The position numbers and the translations under genes are program-made. This document shows positions 1 to 45,100 of a stretch of DNA of 64,000 bases, piece after piece. The stretch lies in assembly GCF_009914755.1 (NCBI RefSeq), contig NC_060934.1; one strand, 5' to 3'. Under the pieces are notes generated by a model, which did not search any database, had not been told where the DNA came from, and saw only the letters and a list, made by a program, of their open reading frames with translations. This DNA comes from the human T2T-CHM13v2.0 reference genome, Homo sapiens. The stretch's first letter is position 1. Each line of letters starts with the position of its first letter.

Positions 1-200
1 ACTTTCTAATGCTTTGGGGAGAAAAAGAAAATAATGCTTCATGACCCATGAAAATTATATGAAGTTCAAATTTCAGTGTCCCTTGGAACACAACTATACT
101 CATTCACTTACATATCATCTGTGACTGCTTTTGTGCTGCAAAGGCAGAATCAACTGGTTGTGACATTTACTGTCTGACCTAAAATATTTGCTGATTCCTG
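1..200. mobile_element. MER58B-like hAT DNA transposon remnant
   Basis: aaattatatgaagttcaaatttcagtgtcc...tttgctgattcctg resembles the recalled consensus. Confidence 0.6.
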
Positions 201-444
201 GTTTAGAGGTCAGAAATGGACTTATGCATATATAGGAATTTTGCTAATGATAAAGATGGCATTTCAAACTAGTGACAAGAGCATGGATTGCATGGTAAAT
301 GGCAAGAATTAGCTATCTATTTGAGGGAAAAATTACTTTTATTAGGATTACTTCAGGTAGGGAAGCTAAAATCAAGAAATAGGAAAAGATTGATAGATTT
401 GAGTCTATTACCACCACCACCACCACCAACAAAACTTTGCTTAA

Positions 445-655
445 TAGGAAATAATATCTAACAGTTACTGAGCACTTATGCTTGTCATGTTTTACTTGAA
501 TAAGTGTTATAATTATACTCTAAGGTAGGTTCTGTAATTATTCCCACTTAACAGAGGAGGAAACTGAAGTTTACATATATTATGGAATTTGTCTGTAATG
601 AAGAGTAGAAAACCATGATGCAGATCTTTGAATTCAGGCCATCTGGCTCCCAAGC
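445..655. mobile_element. MIR
   Basis: MIR core attcccacttaacagaggaggaaactgaag. Confidence 0.65.
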
Positions 656-987
656 CTATTGTGGACAAGACAAACTGAGAAAAAATATTTGCAACATGGT
701 AACACCATTTTGTAGGTACTATCTACATCAGCACATAAAGATGTACCTAATTCCTTTAAAATATTCTGTTGTATAAATGTCTTCAGTTAATTTAACCTTT
801 CCTCTATTGATGAACATTAAGTTGCTTATAATTTTATTTTGCTGTTACGTGTAACACTGATAAACATCCTATGTATGTGACTTTATATAGTAGTATGGAT
901 ACTTCTGTAGTATAGAATCAGGAAAGTGGAATTGTGAATTGCTGGATTAAACGGCCTGTGCATTTAAATCAAGTTTGCTCTCCAAAA

Positions 988-988
<1 letters not shown>

Positions 989-1030
<42 letters not shown>
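989..1030 (+). repeat. (TG)21 microsatellite
   Basis: Perfect dinucleotide run. Confidence 0.98.
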
Positions 1031-1031
<1 letters not shown>

Positions 1032-2621
1032 AATCATAATAAAGGAATCATAATATCTTGGAAGGAACATTGACTGTTCAGGCAAAACTGCCTCATTTTT
1101 GAGAGGAGGCCCTGAGAGGTGAAGTGTTATGCCCAAGATTACATAGCTATTAAGTAGCTGTTACACTTGACTCTTTAACTGGTTTTTGCTGTGCCACAGT
1201 TTGGCACATTTTTCTCCTTTGTCTTGCTGAAATCCAGGTACCATGATTATAGTTTTCTCCAGAAACACGCTGTTAAAAGGATCCATTTGATATTACTTGT
1301 CCTTGGTACTCAGCACAGTGCCTGACACACAGTAGGTAATCAAGTATTTGTTGAAAAAGTGCTGCTTTCAGATGATCAGTACTTACAGACCACTTATTCA
1401 ATAACATGTTGACAACCCATGCATCACTGTAATACTTATCAAGTAATCAAGAACTTATCAAGAAATGAAACATTCTGATCTCCTCCTTCCTAGATATTTA
1501 CACTTCATAATGCTTTAGTTTTCTGACTGGTTATGTTTTCCAAATAATTGTGTGGCTTTGTTTTTGCTTTGTAAAAAATGAACTCAAAATTATAAATTTA
1601 GTTTTTGAAAACCTTAATGAGAAATTGTTCTGTGCAGAAAATTTAGGAAGATTATACAGAATATGTTTTATAATACACTCAAATGGATTATATCTTTCAG
1701 AGGGCAGTAGATTAGTCTTCCAAGTTAGCTTGACATACTGCATGCAATGTACATGTCCTGGAAATGATGCATAACATTTGTGTTCATAGTACCAAAAATT
1801 GTGTATAATCAAGATTGAGTAAAAACTCCTTAAGGGTCTTATTATTATGTAAGGGACCAGTGCTGTAGCATTAACTATCTTTAACACTTCTGTTGTCTCC
1901 AAGTCACAAGGCAAGGAGAAAAGATATGGTAAGACCTTTAAAGGAATATGTAAATATGTAGTACTCTATTTTTGGGGAGATGAGGGGCTTAGTTTTGTTT
2001 TTTAAATGCAAATTCATAATCAACAAATCTTTATACTTCAGTAAACAAACTGGAGGGGTTTTTTTTGTTGTTGTTTTACAAATGCCTTTTTGGCACTGCT
2101 ACTGAATCTGACTTGGCTTTATTTTTTAAACAGCTTCATTGAGGTATAATTGACATAAAATAAACCACATATTTAAAGTGTGCAATTTGATAAGTTTTAA
2201 CATATGTATACACCTGTGAAATCATCACTGCAACCAAAGTAATGAGCAAATCCATTACTCCCAAAAGTTTTTTCACCCCTTTTTATAATTCCTTCCTGGT
2301 ACCACCTCCCACAGGCAATCATTGACTGATTTACTTTCAGTTAACTACAAATTACCTTGCATTTTCTAAAATTTTATATAAATAGAATCATATAGTAAGT
2401 ACTTCTGTTGCCTGGCTCCTATTACTCAGAGTAATTGTTGATATTTATCCATGGTGAAGCATGTGTCAGAGTTTATTCCTTTTTATTGCTAAGCAGTGTT
2501 CCATTGTGTATCTGTTTTACTACAGTTTGTCCATTCACCTGTTGGTGGACCCTGGGTTGTTTCTGGTTTTGGGCTCTACACCTAGAAGCTGCTATGAACA
2601 TTTGTGTACAAGTTTTGGTAT

Positions 2622-3371
2622 TGTTAAAGTATAAACTGAGGCAGAATAAAATTTTAAAGAGTTTTGTCTGAGCAAACAGCAATTCATGAATCAGACAGCA
2701 ACAAATCAAAAGTGATTTGGGACTCCACCAAAGGAATGCAAGTGGAAGACTTCTATAGGATGAACAAGGAAACAAGGCAAAGAAAATATTTGATTAATTA
2801 TATTTATATAGTTGCCTTGTTTAGTCCATCCTATTGGAAAGTCCCTAGTTATGTAAGTTAGTTGATGGCTTCTAATTGGCGTAGCCTAAGTTTGTTTGTT
2901 TCTTTTTTTTTTTTTTTTTTTTTTTTTAAGAGACAGGGCTAGAGTGCTTTGGTGCGATCGTAGCTCACTGCAGCTTTGAACTCCTGGGCTCAAGTGATCC
3001 TCCCACCTCAGCCTCTCAAGTAACCAGGGCAACATGAACTACAGACATGCATCGCCACGCCTGGCTAATTTTTAAATTTCTTATAGAGGCAAGGTCTCGC
3101 TAGCTATATTGCCCAGGCTGATCTCAAATTCTGGCCTCAAGTGATCCTCCTGCTTCAACCTCCCAAGGTGCTTACAGGCATGAGCCACCATGCCCAGCCT
3201 GATTTTTCTTTAATATAGGCACAGACAAAAAATAACCAAAGTTTACATTTGCAAACAGCCCAAATTAAGTTTTGCTTCTATTGCTTATATTTGCAAGGTC
3301 AAGGTTGTTTTAATGGCTTAACTGGCTTTGTCCAGGGGATTTACAGACCTGGTCTCCATCTTATTTTAATA
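2622..3371 (-). mobile_element. ERV1 solo LTR (MER67-like) with an internal Alu
   Basis: tgttaaa...tttaata ends; 4-bp TSD GTAT (2618-2621, 3372-3375); L1 is continuous on both sides. Confidence 0.65.
2903..3199 (-). mobile_element. AluJ
   Basis: Poly-T plus diverged Alu dimer. Confidence 0.9.
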
Positions 3372-3465
3372 GTATGAATATGTGCTTTCATTTCTTTTAG
3401 GTAAATATCTAGGAATGGAATGGCTGGATCATATGAGTAGGCTTACTCACTTATTAAGAAACTTG

Positions 3466-4224
3466 GCCTGGACTACATAGCAAGACTCTCTCTCTAAAAA
3501 AAGATTTTTTTTTAATTAGCCAAGTGTATTAGTCTGGGTTCTCTAGAGGGACAGAACTAAGAGGATATATGTATATATGAAAGGGAGTTTATTAAGGAGA
3601 ATTGACTCACACCATCACAAGGTGAAGTCCCATGATAGGTCATCAGCAAGTTGAGGAGCAAGGAAGCCAGTGGTGGATCAGTACGAGTCCCAAAAGTAGG
3701 GAAGCTAACAGTGCAGCCTTCAGTCTGTGCAGCCAAAGGCCCAAGAGCCCCTGGAAAACCACTGGTGTAAGTCCAAGAGTCCAAAAGCTAAAGAACTTGG
3801 AGTCTGATGTTCTAGGTCAGGAAGCATCCAGCATGGGAGAAAGATGAAGTCCATAAGACTCAGCAAGTCAGCCCTTCCATCTTCTCCTGCCTGCTTTATT
3901 CTACCCCCGCTGGCAGCTGAGTAGATGGTGCCCAACCAGATTGAGTGTGGGTCTACCCCTCCCAGTCCACTGACTCAAATGTTAATTTCCTTTGGCAACA
4001 CCCTCACAGACACACCCATGAACAATACTTTGTATCCTTCAGTTCAGTCAAGTTGACACTCAATATTAGCCATCCCACCAGGTGTAGTGGCTCCCACTTG
4101 TAGCCCCAGATACTCGGGAAGCTGAGGCAGGAGGATCACTTGAGCCCAGGAGTTAGGCTGCATTGAGCTATAATATGATAGAGGCACTGCGCTACAGCTC
4201 TGGTAACAGAGCAAGATCCTGTCT
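3466..4224 (+). mobile_element. 5'-truncated AluJ split in two (3466-3524, 4083-4224) by an LTR
   Basis: aattagcca(a/g)g|tgtagtggctc rejoins to the Alu linker and right arm. Confidence 0.8.
3525..4077 (-). mobile_element. MLT2A2-like HERV-L solo LTR
   Basis: tgtattagtctgggttctctagagggacagaac...aagttgacactcaatattagccatccca; 5-bp TSD CCAAG/CCAGG. Confidence 0.85.
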
Positions 4225-4386
4225 TTTTTTTTTTTTTAATAAGAAAATAATCTAACTTGTTAAGTTCATAACTTATTAACAAAACTATTTTATATTCCCA
4301 TCAGCAGTGTATGAAAGTTCTAGTCCTTCCACGTTAACAACACTTGGTATGGTCATTCTTTTTAATGTTAGCCATTCTATTTTTAG

Positions 4387-4763
<377 letters not shown>

Positions 4764-6554
4764 GAGCATCTTTTTCAAGTGTTTATTTGAAGGGTTCAGG
4801 CCTTTTCCCACATTTTAATTGAGTTGTGTTTGTTATTTCATTTTGATTATTTTAAAATATATTCTTGGTACAAGTCCTTTATAAGACGCATGCTTTGCCC
4901 ATATTTTCTCCAGGTCCATCACTTGTCTTCTCATTCTCTTAACAATGTCTTTGAAAGAGCACAGATTGCTAATTTTGATGAAATTCAATTTATCATTTAT
5001 GCTATTGAATATCATATCTAAGAAATCTTTGCCTAACTCAGAGTGACAAAGATTTTATCCTATGCTTGCTTTTGGTTTTTTTCCATTTAGGTCTATGATT
5101 CACCTTGAATTACATGCTAGTGGATGTGGAGTGGTATCTAATTGTGCTTTTGATTTGCATTTCCTTTTTGGCTAATGGTGTTGAGCATCTTTTCATGTAT
5201 TTATATAGGCCATTTATATATCTTCTTTAGAGAAATGTCTGTTCAGATCTTTTGCTTGTCGAGTTATCTTTTTTTTTTTTTTTTTTTGCTTTTTAAAGTA
5301 AGACAGACAAATGATTTACAAATGTTCTCTAATTGTATGGGTTATTTCTTCACTTTCTTGTTGATGTCCTTTGCAACACAAGTTTTTTTATTTTGATGAG
5401 GTCCAGTTAATATTTGTTTTGTCTTTGGTGTCATATCTAAGAAGCTGTTGCCTGATCCAAGGTCACAAATATTTACACATAGGTTTTGTTCTAAGAGTTT
5501 TCTGGTTTTGACTCTTATATTCAGATATTTGACCCATTTTGAGATAATTTTTGAATGTGGTGTGAAGTAGGAGTCTAGTTTCATTCTTTTGCCTGTAAAT
5601 ATCCAGTTGTCCCAGTACTATTTATTGAAAAAACTATTCTTTCTCCCATTGAACTGCCTTGCTATTCTTGTTGAAAATCAACTAACCATAAATGTGATGA
5701 TTTATTTTTGGGCTTTAAGTTCCATTTCATTGACTATATGTCTATTTCTATGCCATACCACATTGTCTTAATTACCTGGGGCTCTGTAGTAATTTTTGGA
5801 ATTGGGAAGTGTTTTCCTTCAATTTCATTTTTCTTGTTCAATATTATTTGGGTTATTCTGGGTTTCTTGAATTTGTATAAATTTTAAGATCAGCTTGCCA
5901 ATTTCTGCAAGAAGTCCACTGGGATTCTTGAAGAGGATTGTGTTTAATCTGTACATTAATTGGGGAATATTACCATTTTAGCAATATTAAGCCTTCCAAT
6001 CATGAGTGTGGTGTCTTTCTGTTTATTTAAATCTTAACTTTCTTCCAACAATGTTTTGTAGTTTCTATGAATACAAGTCTTGCAGTTCTTTTGTTAACAT
6101 TATTCCTATTTTATTCTTTTTGATGCCATATTGTATACAGGATTGTTTTTTTAATTTCATTTTCAGATTGCTTGTTGCTAATGTAGAGAAATACAATTGA
6201 TTTTTGTATATCGATATTGTATCCTACAACTGGCTGAACTCATTTATTAGTTATAATAGATTTTTAGTGAATTCCTTAGGATTTTCTGCATACAGATCAT
6301 ATCATCTGCAAATAAGGATAGTTTTACTTCTTCCTTTTCAATCTGGATGCCTTTTATTTCATTTTCTTGCCTAATTGCCTTGGCTACAACCTCCTCTAGT
6401 ACAATATAAATAGAAGTGACAAGAACAGACATCCTTGTCTTATTCCTGATCTTGGGGGAAGGCATACAGTCTTTCATCATTAAATACAATGTTAGCTATG
6501 GGTTTTTTGTAGGTCCCTTTTCTTAGATTAGGAAGGTGTCTTCTAGTTTATTGA

Positions 6555-6872
<318 letters not shown>

Positions 6873-7271
6873 CCTATTGAATGGTTTTTATTAGGAAATG
6901 GTGTTGGATTTTGTCAAATGCTTTTTCCATGTCTGTTGAGATGATCAAGTGAATTTTGTCTTCTATTGATATGGTATATTGCATTAATTGATTTTCAGAT
7001 GTTAAACCAACCTTGCAGTCCTGGGATAAATCTTATTTGGCCATGATGTATGATTCCTCTTATATATTGCTGGGTTCGTTTTGCTAGTATTTTGTTGAGG
7101 ATTTTTGTATTTATATTCATATAGGATATTGGCCTATGGTTTTCTTTTAATGTCTGGATTTGGTAGCAGGATGATACTGACCTTATAGAATGCTTCCTCT
7201 TCTATTTTTTGGAAGAGTCTGTGAAGATAATTCTTATTTAATAATAATAATTCTTATTTAAATGTTTGCTA

Positions 7272-7667
<396 letters not shown>

Positions 7668-10566
7668 TCATATAAGTCTATTCATATCTGGTATTTCTTC
7701 TTAAATCAGTTTTGTTAGTTTCTATCTTTCTAGGATTTTGTCCATTTTATTCAGTTATCTTTTGAAGAGATTTAGATAATAATGAGCAAAAATCTTAGTT
7801 ACCAATGTCGTTAACATTAATGATGTTTTTCATTGCTTTGTATAAATCCATATTCCTTTCTGGTATTATGTTCCTCTGCCTAAAAGACTTATAGTACAGG
7901 TATGATGGTGATGAATTCCTTTAGCTTTTTATGTAGAGAAAGTATTTTGCCTTTTTCAAAGATAATTTCTCTGGGTATAGAATTGTAGGCTGGCATATTT
8001 TTCTTTTTAGTTCTTTAAAGATCATTGTTCCACTGTCTAATTACTTTCAGTTTTCAAAGAGTAATCTGTCATTATTATCTTTTGTTCCTTGTATGTGATG
8101 TGCATTTTTCATGTGGCCAGTTTAAAGATTTTCTCTTTACATTGGATTTGAGCAATTTGATTATCATGTACCTTGCTATAATTTTCTTTATGGCTATTTG
8201 GGATTGGTTGAGCTTCTTATGTGTGTTTATAGTTTCCATCAAATTTGGGAAATTTTCAGCCTTATTTGTTTAAGTATTTCTCCTGACTCCTTCCCCCTAC
8301 TTTGGGGACTCCAGTTACATGTATATTAGGCTGTTTGAAGTTGTCACAGAGCTTATCAATGCTTTGTTTATATTTTTGATTCTTTTTTCTTTCTGTATGT
8401 TGCATAGTTTCTTTTGCTACATCTCTAGTTTACTAATATTTTCTTCTAAAATATCTAATCTGCCATTAATCCCATTCAGTGTATTTTTCATCTCAGACAC
8501 TGAAATTTTCATCTCCTGAAGTTTAACTTGGATCTCTTTTATGTCATTCATACCTCTACTTAAATTTTTGAACATAAACATCATTTTAAAAATACAGTTA
8601 TGATAGCTGTTTTGGTGTCCTTTTTCTGCAGATTCCCACATCTGTCAGTTCTAATCATTGGTCAGTTTTAATTGTTGATTTTTTTCATTATGGATCATAT
8701 TTTTTTATACCTGGTAATTTTTGTTGAGATGCCAGATATTGTGAATTTTATTTTGTTGAGTACTGGATATTTCTGTATTCTTATAAATATTCTTAAGGCT
8801 TGTTGTGCTATTACTTGGAAATAATGTGATCCTTTCAAGTCTTGCTTTTAAGATGTATTGGCAGGATTAGTGCCATGTTTAGTCTAGAGCTAATTATTTC
8901 CCACTACTGAGACAAGATTTTTTTGAGTGCTCTACCGAGTGCCCTGGGAATTCTGAGGTTTTCCAGTCTGTCTGTTGGGAACATGCACTAATCCTGGCCC
9001 TGTATGAATGCTGGGTTCTGTGTCCTCTAATTTTGTGTGTGGTCCTTTCCTTAGCCCGTTAGTTGCCTCATAAGCCTTTACTTATCAGTGCTCTGCCAAA
9101 TACCCATGGGATATCCTATTCAGATTTCTGGAGTTCTCTCTGTGTGCAGCTGTATCCACTCTGGTACTATATGCTTTAATCCTAGATACCTTGGTCTCTT
9201 CAGACTATGAGCTGCATCCCATGAACTCAGGGAATCTGCTGGGCTCTGCTTAGGTTCCCCTCCTTGTGTGGCTCAGAAACTAAGGCAGTAAGCTGGCAAC
9301 CACTTGTTTCTTGTTTCTCTGGGGATCACTGTCCTTTGTTACCTGATGTTAAATATCTTGAAAATCATTGTTTCATATTTTGGGTTTGTTGGCAGGAAAA
9401 GTTGTTTGTTTGTTTTTGGTTGTTTCAAGACAACCAAAGAGAGCAAATCTGAGAGTAAATCTGGCCCGTTACTTCATCTTGGTCGTAAAAGGAAGTCAGT
9501 TTTTTAAGCAGTTTTAGAGAGTTAGAATTGATGGCTTGTAAGGTTTCTTTCAATCCTGAGATCTTTGGCTTCATATTACATACCTTTAACAGCTTATTTT
9601 CCCATCTTCACATTATCCTTTTCTCTCCTCAAAACACTTAACTATCTGCATTTGTGCTTAGAAGGCTTGTTGGGATTAACTCTGGGCTGTGAATGAACCG
9701 TATTCATGATACAAACACATTTCATAGAATGATGACAATCAAGATGTAACAACAGAAAAATGTTTTCTATAATATTCTTAATATATTTATATGATAGAAC
9801 AGCTATAATGTAATCTTCTAGATTATGGCCAAAGAGTTTCTTTCGGGAACTAGGCAAATAAGATTTTAATTGAAATCTTTCATTTTTAATAACCACAGAA
9901 TTATGCAACTAACATTTACATTCTGAAGTAATTACAGTATCCTTTCATTTTATTGGAAAATATTCAACTGTAATATTAAGTAGGATATCTCAAAACCTGT
10001 ATTTCCCTTAAAGGGAAGAGGAAGAAAAATGACCTTAGCTTTTTAACACTGCCACTGATAATTTCCATTCTATTTTATTGAAAAGTAAACCTTCAGTAGT
10101 GACCTATTGTCTGAGTTATAGCTCATAGTCTAAAATACATTGTGTATATAAAGAAAACATATGAGGTACCATATTAATAAAAGATAGTGGTAGTTCTGTT
10201 ACCCAGTTTCACTTCAGTTTTGAGTATAACATGCTTAAGTATGTATATCTTTATTAATTAAATTATGTATATCTTTATTATACAAGATTATGTCTCCACA
10301 TTTTCAGTTCTTTTTCCTAATAAATGGGCTAGTAATAGTTAAAACAGATACCGCTAGGTTTATCTTTTAAATAATGAAATTCAAGTGTTTTCTTATGCTA
10401 GGGATTATGGTTTTGAGGTATGGTTAAGTCCTGGAAATAATACTAGTTATTTTTTGATTAGATGGTATTTCTTAAAGCCAACTATTTTTTTTCTGTTTTT
10501 TTCTACATCACTCAAACAAGATTTATAATCAGTAAGAGAGATGCTGTAATAGTAAAAGACTCCCTT

Positions 10567-10884
<318 letters not shown>

Positions 10885-11951
10885 TTATCATTTCGTTTAC
10901 TAAAATAATAAATGACTAAGGAGAGTTAAGACCATTATTTGTGGTATATTGGCCATAAGAAGTTTTCTTCTGTCCTATGTTTTATACAGACATGTTACCA
11001 AAAAAAAAAAAATACGCATTGCAGCATTTGCCACAGAAAGCATCCAGGTTTTTCTACTCATTAAAAAAGTGGCTAGGACTGATAACCTGTAGTGATCTTC
11101 CAGGTTTTGCTGCAGTGAGAAAACCATTACTGTTAAAAACCTGCTGTCATATCACATTATCCTTCTCAACAAGCACTTTGTTACAATGGAAGTTCTCTTT
11201 GCAGTGGAGTCCTCCTTGCCTCCCTTGTCCTAAGTTAAACCTCTATTTTTAGAGTTAAGAATCATTAAAGACATGGAAGAGTTCGCACAACTGGTTGTGG
11301 CATGAACGATAGCATGTAATTTTATAAATGTATAAATGGTTTTTGAATTTTTTTCTCTGCTGATAAGGATGATTAAATTCTTCATGTTTTTTCTTTATAT
11401 AGACTCCAAACCTTTCTAGACTTGTAGGAAATCTGTTGATGCATAATACAGTGGAAAGAATTATGTGATCTAATGTGCAAATAATCTACTGGAGGACATT
11501 GGATATAAAAATGTTTTCTTAATGTGTTTTTCAGATGTCTGTGAGCTTTTGAAGTTGTTCTTTCCCCCACTTAATTTTAAGTCTCCTAGATTGGCTGAGC
11601 TGAGCAGTAGAAATTAATGAGGTAGAATGCTTGAGTTGAATAAACTGGGAGAAAATCTCTCTCTCCAGTAAACCGTTATTACTGTAACAGAAACAGTTTC
11701 TATAAACTCAGTTCCCAAATGGTCATAAGCTTTAGTTGGGAAATGGTGCGGTAATTGAAATACTATGTTAATAAAGAGTTATAGGCAATATAATTTTCAA
11801 ATAATTAGAGAACAGTAGAATATATGTAATACAGACTATGCTGACGTAATTTTAATGTTTCTTTGATTCAAGTTATAGCTGTGTAGACATAATAGTTAAA
11901 AGTATTATACATAGTTTATTGTTTTTTAAGGTATTTTAAAAAATTCTCCCA

Positions 11952-12241
11952 GGCCAGGCTCAGTGGCTCACACCTGTAATCCCAGCACTTTGGGAGGCCA
12001 AGACAGGCAGATCACCTGAGGTCAGGACCAGCCTGGCTAACATGGTGAAACCTTGTCTCTACTAAAAATACAAAAATTAGCTGGGAGTGGTAGGCAGATG
12101 CCTGTAGTCCCAGCTACTCAGGAAGCTGAGATGGAAGGATCACTTGAACCCAGGAGGCAGAGGTTGCAGTAAGCCAAGATTGTGCCACTGCATTCCAGCC
12201 TGGGTGACGGAGTGAGACTCCATCTCAAAAAAAAAAAAAAA
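11952..12241 (+). mobile_element. AluSx-like
   Basis: Dimer with A tail; TSD AAAAAATTCTCC. Confidence 0.9.
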
Positions 12242-12396
12242 TTCTCCTAGTATTTACTGAATATTCTAAATTATATTAGTACCTCTCATAGTTCTCTGCA
12301 TGTAGTAGTCACGTAGCTAAGTTTACTGAAGCCACAAACAAATTTGATATCCTTAAGGGAACAAAATTCTGATTGATTCTGATCTGTGTCTTTCAG

Positions 12397-12649
12397 AAAA
12401 ATCACTACCAATATAATGGATTTTATATATCAGATTGCTTTATTCTGGATATCATGGTAACAATACAGAAAGTATACATAATTTCCCATTTCTGCAAGTA
12501 GTCATGACTGCTGAAGAAAGAAAAACTTAAAGCTACGGCAGAATTATTTTATGGAAATTCTGATTTTGTTTTTAATTTTTGATAACTTTTTACTAAAGGT
12601 ATGAACACACAAAGAGCTTATTTTGTTAGGCAAATACACATTAATAAGA
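12397..12649 (+). other. CSGALNACT2: 5' UTR part of the first coding exon (exon 2)
   Basis: Acceptor tgtgtctttcag ends at 12396; 253 nt to the ATG at 12650. Confidence 0.85.
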
Positions 12650-42466
<29,817 letters not shown>

Positions 42467-44225
42467 AATCATAATTAATGCGTTACTGTATGAACCACAA
42501 AACAGCACTATTTATTTAGCCTTACTTCTACTTCCAGATGCAGTGCCTCTTTTGGAGAAGACATGTTTATTTTTCATGTTCTTTCTGACATTACTTTAGC
42601 AATTCAACTTGATGTGAGAAGAAAAAACAAATGTTTCAACACAAAATCTCTGTTTTGTGAGAATACTGCACTATGGAATAATTGACAAATTGAAATCTCA
42701 TATTTGTCCCAAAAGTTGTTTTGAGTTAGTTCTACCTGGTGCCCATGTTCTGATTGTGTGTGGGATTGCATGGTGTCCTGATTGCATCTAGGTGGAGCGG
42801 ATGGAATGTGCTGGGCCACTGTTGGGTGGAGAGCAGCACATTCTTACAGAGGAGATGGAGCGTTATGAGCATAGTATGTGGATAGGTATCTTCACCTGCC
42901 CGCCCCTGAGTCAGCCTCCTTGACTTGATAGCTTGAAGAATCCTTTTCCACTGAAATAGAGGATAATTAATTGACACATCTGAAATCCCCAATCAATCAA
43001 TCAAGAGAAAGGTAGAACTAAAAACTCCTTAACTTACTGTTGCTTACACCCCTGAAAGTCTGTTTTTAAGCAAATGGGTAATAGTAGAAAATAGGTTAGA
43101 ATCTATGGCTTGATTAAAAATATGTTATTACATTATCATGTTCAGGATTAGGATTAGTAGTCAGTTGCTGTAAACTATTTTGAACAAACAGAAAAGAACA
43201 CGGAAACATTTTTAACAGAGCATTTAATTATGTTGGAATACAGGATCCTAGCTCTGTCTGGGAACATTAGTTTATGTGAGCCAGCTCTATCAGGGTCTTC
43301 CCATGGTGGTTCAGAATAGATGAGCATAGCATGGTTTTGTTTGTTTTTGCTTTCAATTTTCTAATTTGGCATGGATCCATATGTATTTACTATCCTTTTT
43401 CTAATATATTAATATATGCTACATTTGTATTTGCATTACTATAATACTTTGAGTTGAAAAAGAGTTTCATTGTGGAGAGAAAAAGCAAATGGTATGCCAC
43501 AAGATCACTCTGATTTGAGAAAAGGGAGGAGGGGAAGATAGTCTGAATGGAAATCTGAAATACGGAATGTTTTAGAGAAATATGTCACTTGCATATAGAA
43601 TGTTTTAATTGAGGTATAAATTAATGAGACAAAGTGAAAAAGAAATTATATTCAGATAGGACTGCACTACATTATTTGTCACACATGGATCTGTTACCAT
43701 CAGGTCAATTCCTAGTATGCATAAATTTTTTAACCCTTTTAAAAGAGACCTATGTTGAAAACCCCTGAAAATTCACTGAAGAAAAATCATTACTCTTTTT
43801 CTCAGTAAATCATATCATCTGAAATATTACAAATTTCAAATTTCTAGGTGCTATATTAATTCAATATTACAATAACTCTTACCTAATTATTCTTACAAGT
43901 TTTAAGTTGTGGTAGTTTAGTGATTTTTTTAAAAGATGTGTGAAATGTTCTCTGCAAAATAATTCAGGCCACTGTCTCCTTTTATATATTATTATAATTA
44001 TTTATTATGAAGACCAGTGAATTACGATATTTAAAGTGAGAGAACTTAATTATTTGCAAAGGTAAGTTACAGCTTGTTTTTTGAGAGAATCAAATGAGTT
44101 TACTTTTGTTCCTGTTGTTTTTAACTAGCTTTAAGTTTAAAGATGGAAGCTAAGCAATGGAAATGCTATACGTTTTTGACATTTATTAAATGGTACCAAT
44201 AAAGTATTTTATTACCAAAAGTTAA
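42467..44225 (+). other. CSGALNACT2: 3' UTR (~1.75 kb, AU-rich, repeat-free)
   Basis: Follows the stop codon and ends after tandem poly(A) signals; the end is approximate. Confidence 0.8.
44185..44203 (+). terminator. CSGALNACT2: Polyadenylation signals ATTAAA (44185-44190) and AATAAA (44198-44203)
   Basis: Hexamers at the end of the unique AU-rich block, followed by U-rich sequence and then L1. Confidence 0.8.
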
Positions 44226-44624
44226 ATGAAAATGTGATAAATTTATTTCTATTGTAAAGTATCATAAAGACAGAACATTACGTATAACATGTAATTGTGT
44301 ACTTTAAAAATGAAACACGAGTGCCGCAGCTGTTCACGTTAAAATATGGGGCATTACCAGGGGACAGGCCCCTTGTGCCCCTTCTTGATCACCTGTGCTC
44401 ACCCTCTCCATAACAGTCACACTCTGATTTTTATGATCGTTTTTACTTGTTTTTCTTCTTAGTTTTCCCAGTTACGTATCTCCCAATAGACTGTTTTGCC
44501 TGGTTTTGAATTTATATACATTATTATTTCATTATATATTCTCTTTCATTCAGTGTTTTTGAGGTTCACTCATATTATTCTCAAAATTAGTTCATTTTTA
44601 TTATTGAGTAGTATTTCATTGTAC

Positions 44625-45100
44625 TGTAGGGAGGGGAAAAACTCCCTCCCATCTTCTCAGGGTCCCAGCTGGCCTTGAAGATTAAATTGGCATAGGATAG
44701 ATTAACAAGAGAAAAGCATATAAATTTATGTAATACAAATTTTATGTGGTGCAGGAGCCCTCATAAAGAAATAAAACCAAAAGAAGTAGAGTCAGTTACT
44801 TACATACTGAATTGGACAAAGACTAGTAAACTGTGAAAATGTGACTGTATTTTGCGGGAGCCTTAAAAAATAGTTATTCTAACAAGGTCTGTACAATATT
44901 CTCCTGGTCTCAAACTTCTCGTCATTGAAGATAAAGATGTTTGTTGCCTTTTCTTCCAGTATAGAGAGTGTCTTTCACACTGGAATCCATCTCCTGCTCT
45001 TAAGAAACAGCACAAAGGTCAATCACCTTTTTGCACCTGCTGTTTTTCATGTGTCTTTAATTTAAATAGTATGCCGGAATGGCATATTTTAACCCCTTCA
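44625..45100 (-). mobile_element. ERV1 solo LTR (MER34/MER39-like; exact family uncertain)
   Basis: TG...CA ends; 4-bp TSD GTAC/GTAT; inserted in L1. Confidence 0.65.

Noticed and set aside
12623-12649. N-terminal extension MLGKYTLIR of CSGALNACT2
   Set aside because: Starts at TTG in a poor context; the 542-aa protein begins at ATG 12650.
42660-43670. Two TGCACTA miR-130/301-type seed matches in the CSGALNACT2 3' UTR
   Set aside because: 7-mers are expected by chance; not supportable without conservation or CLIP data.
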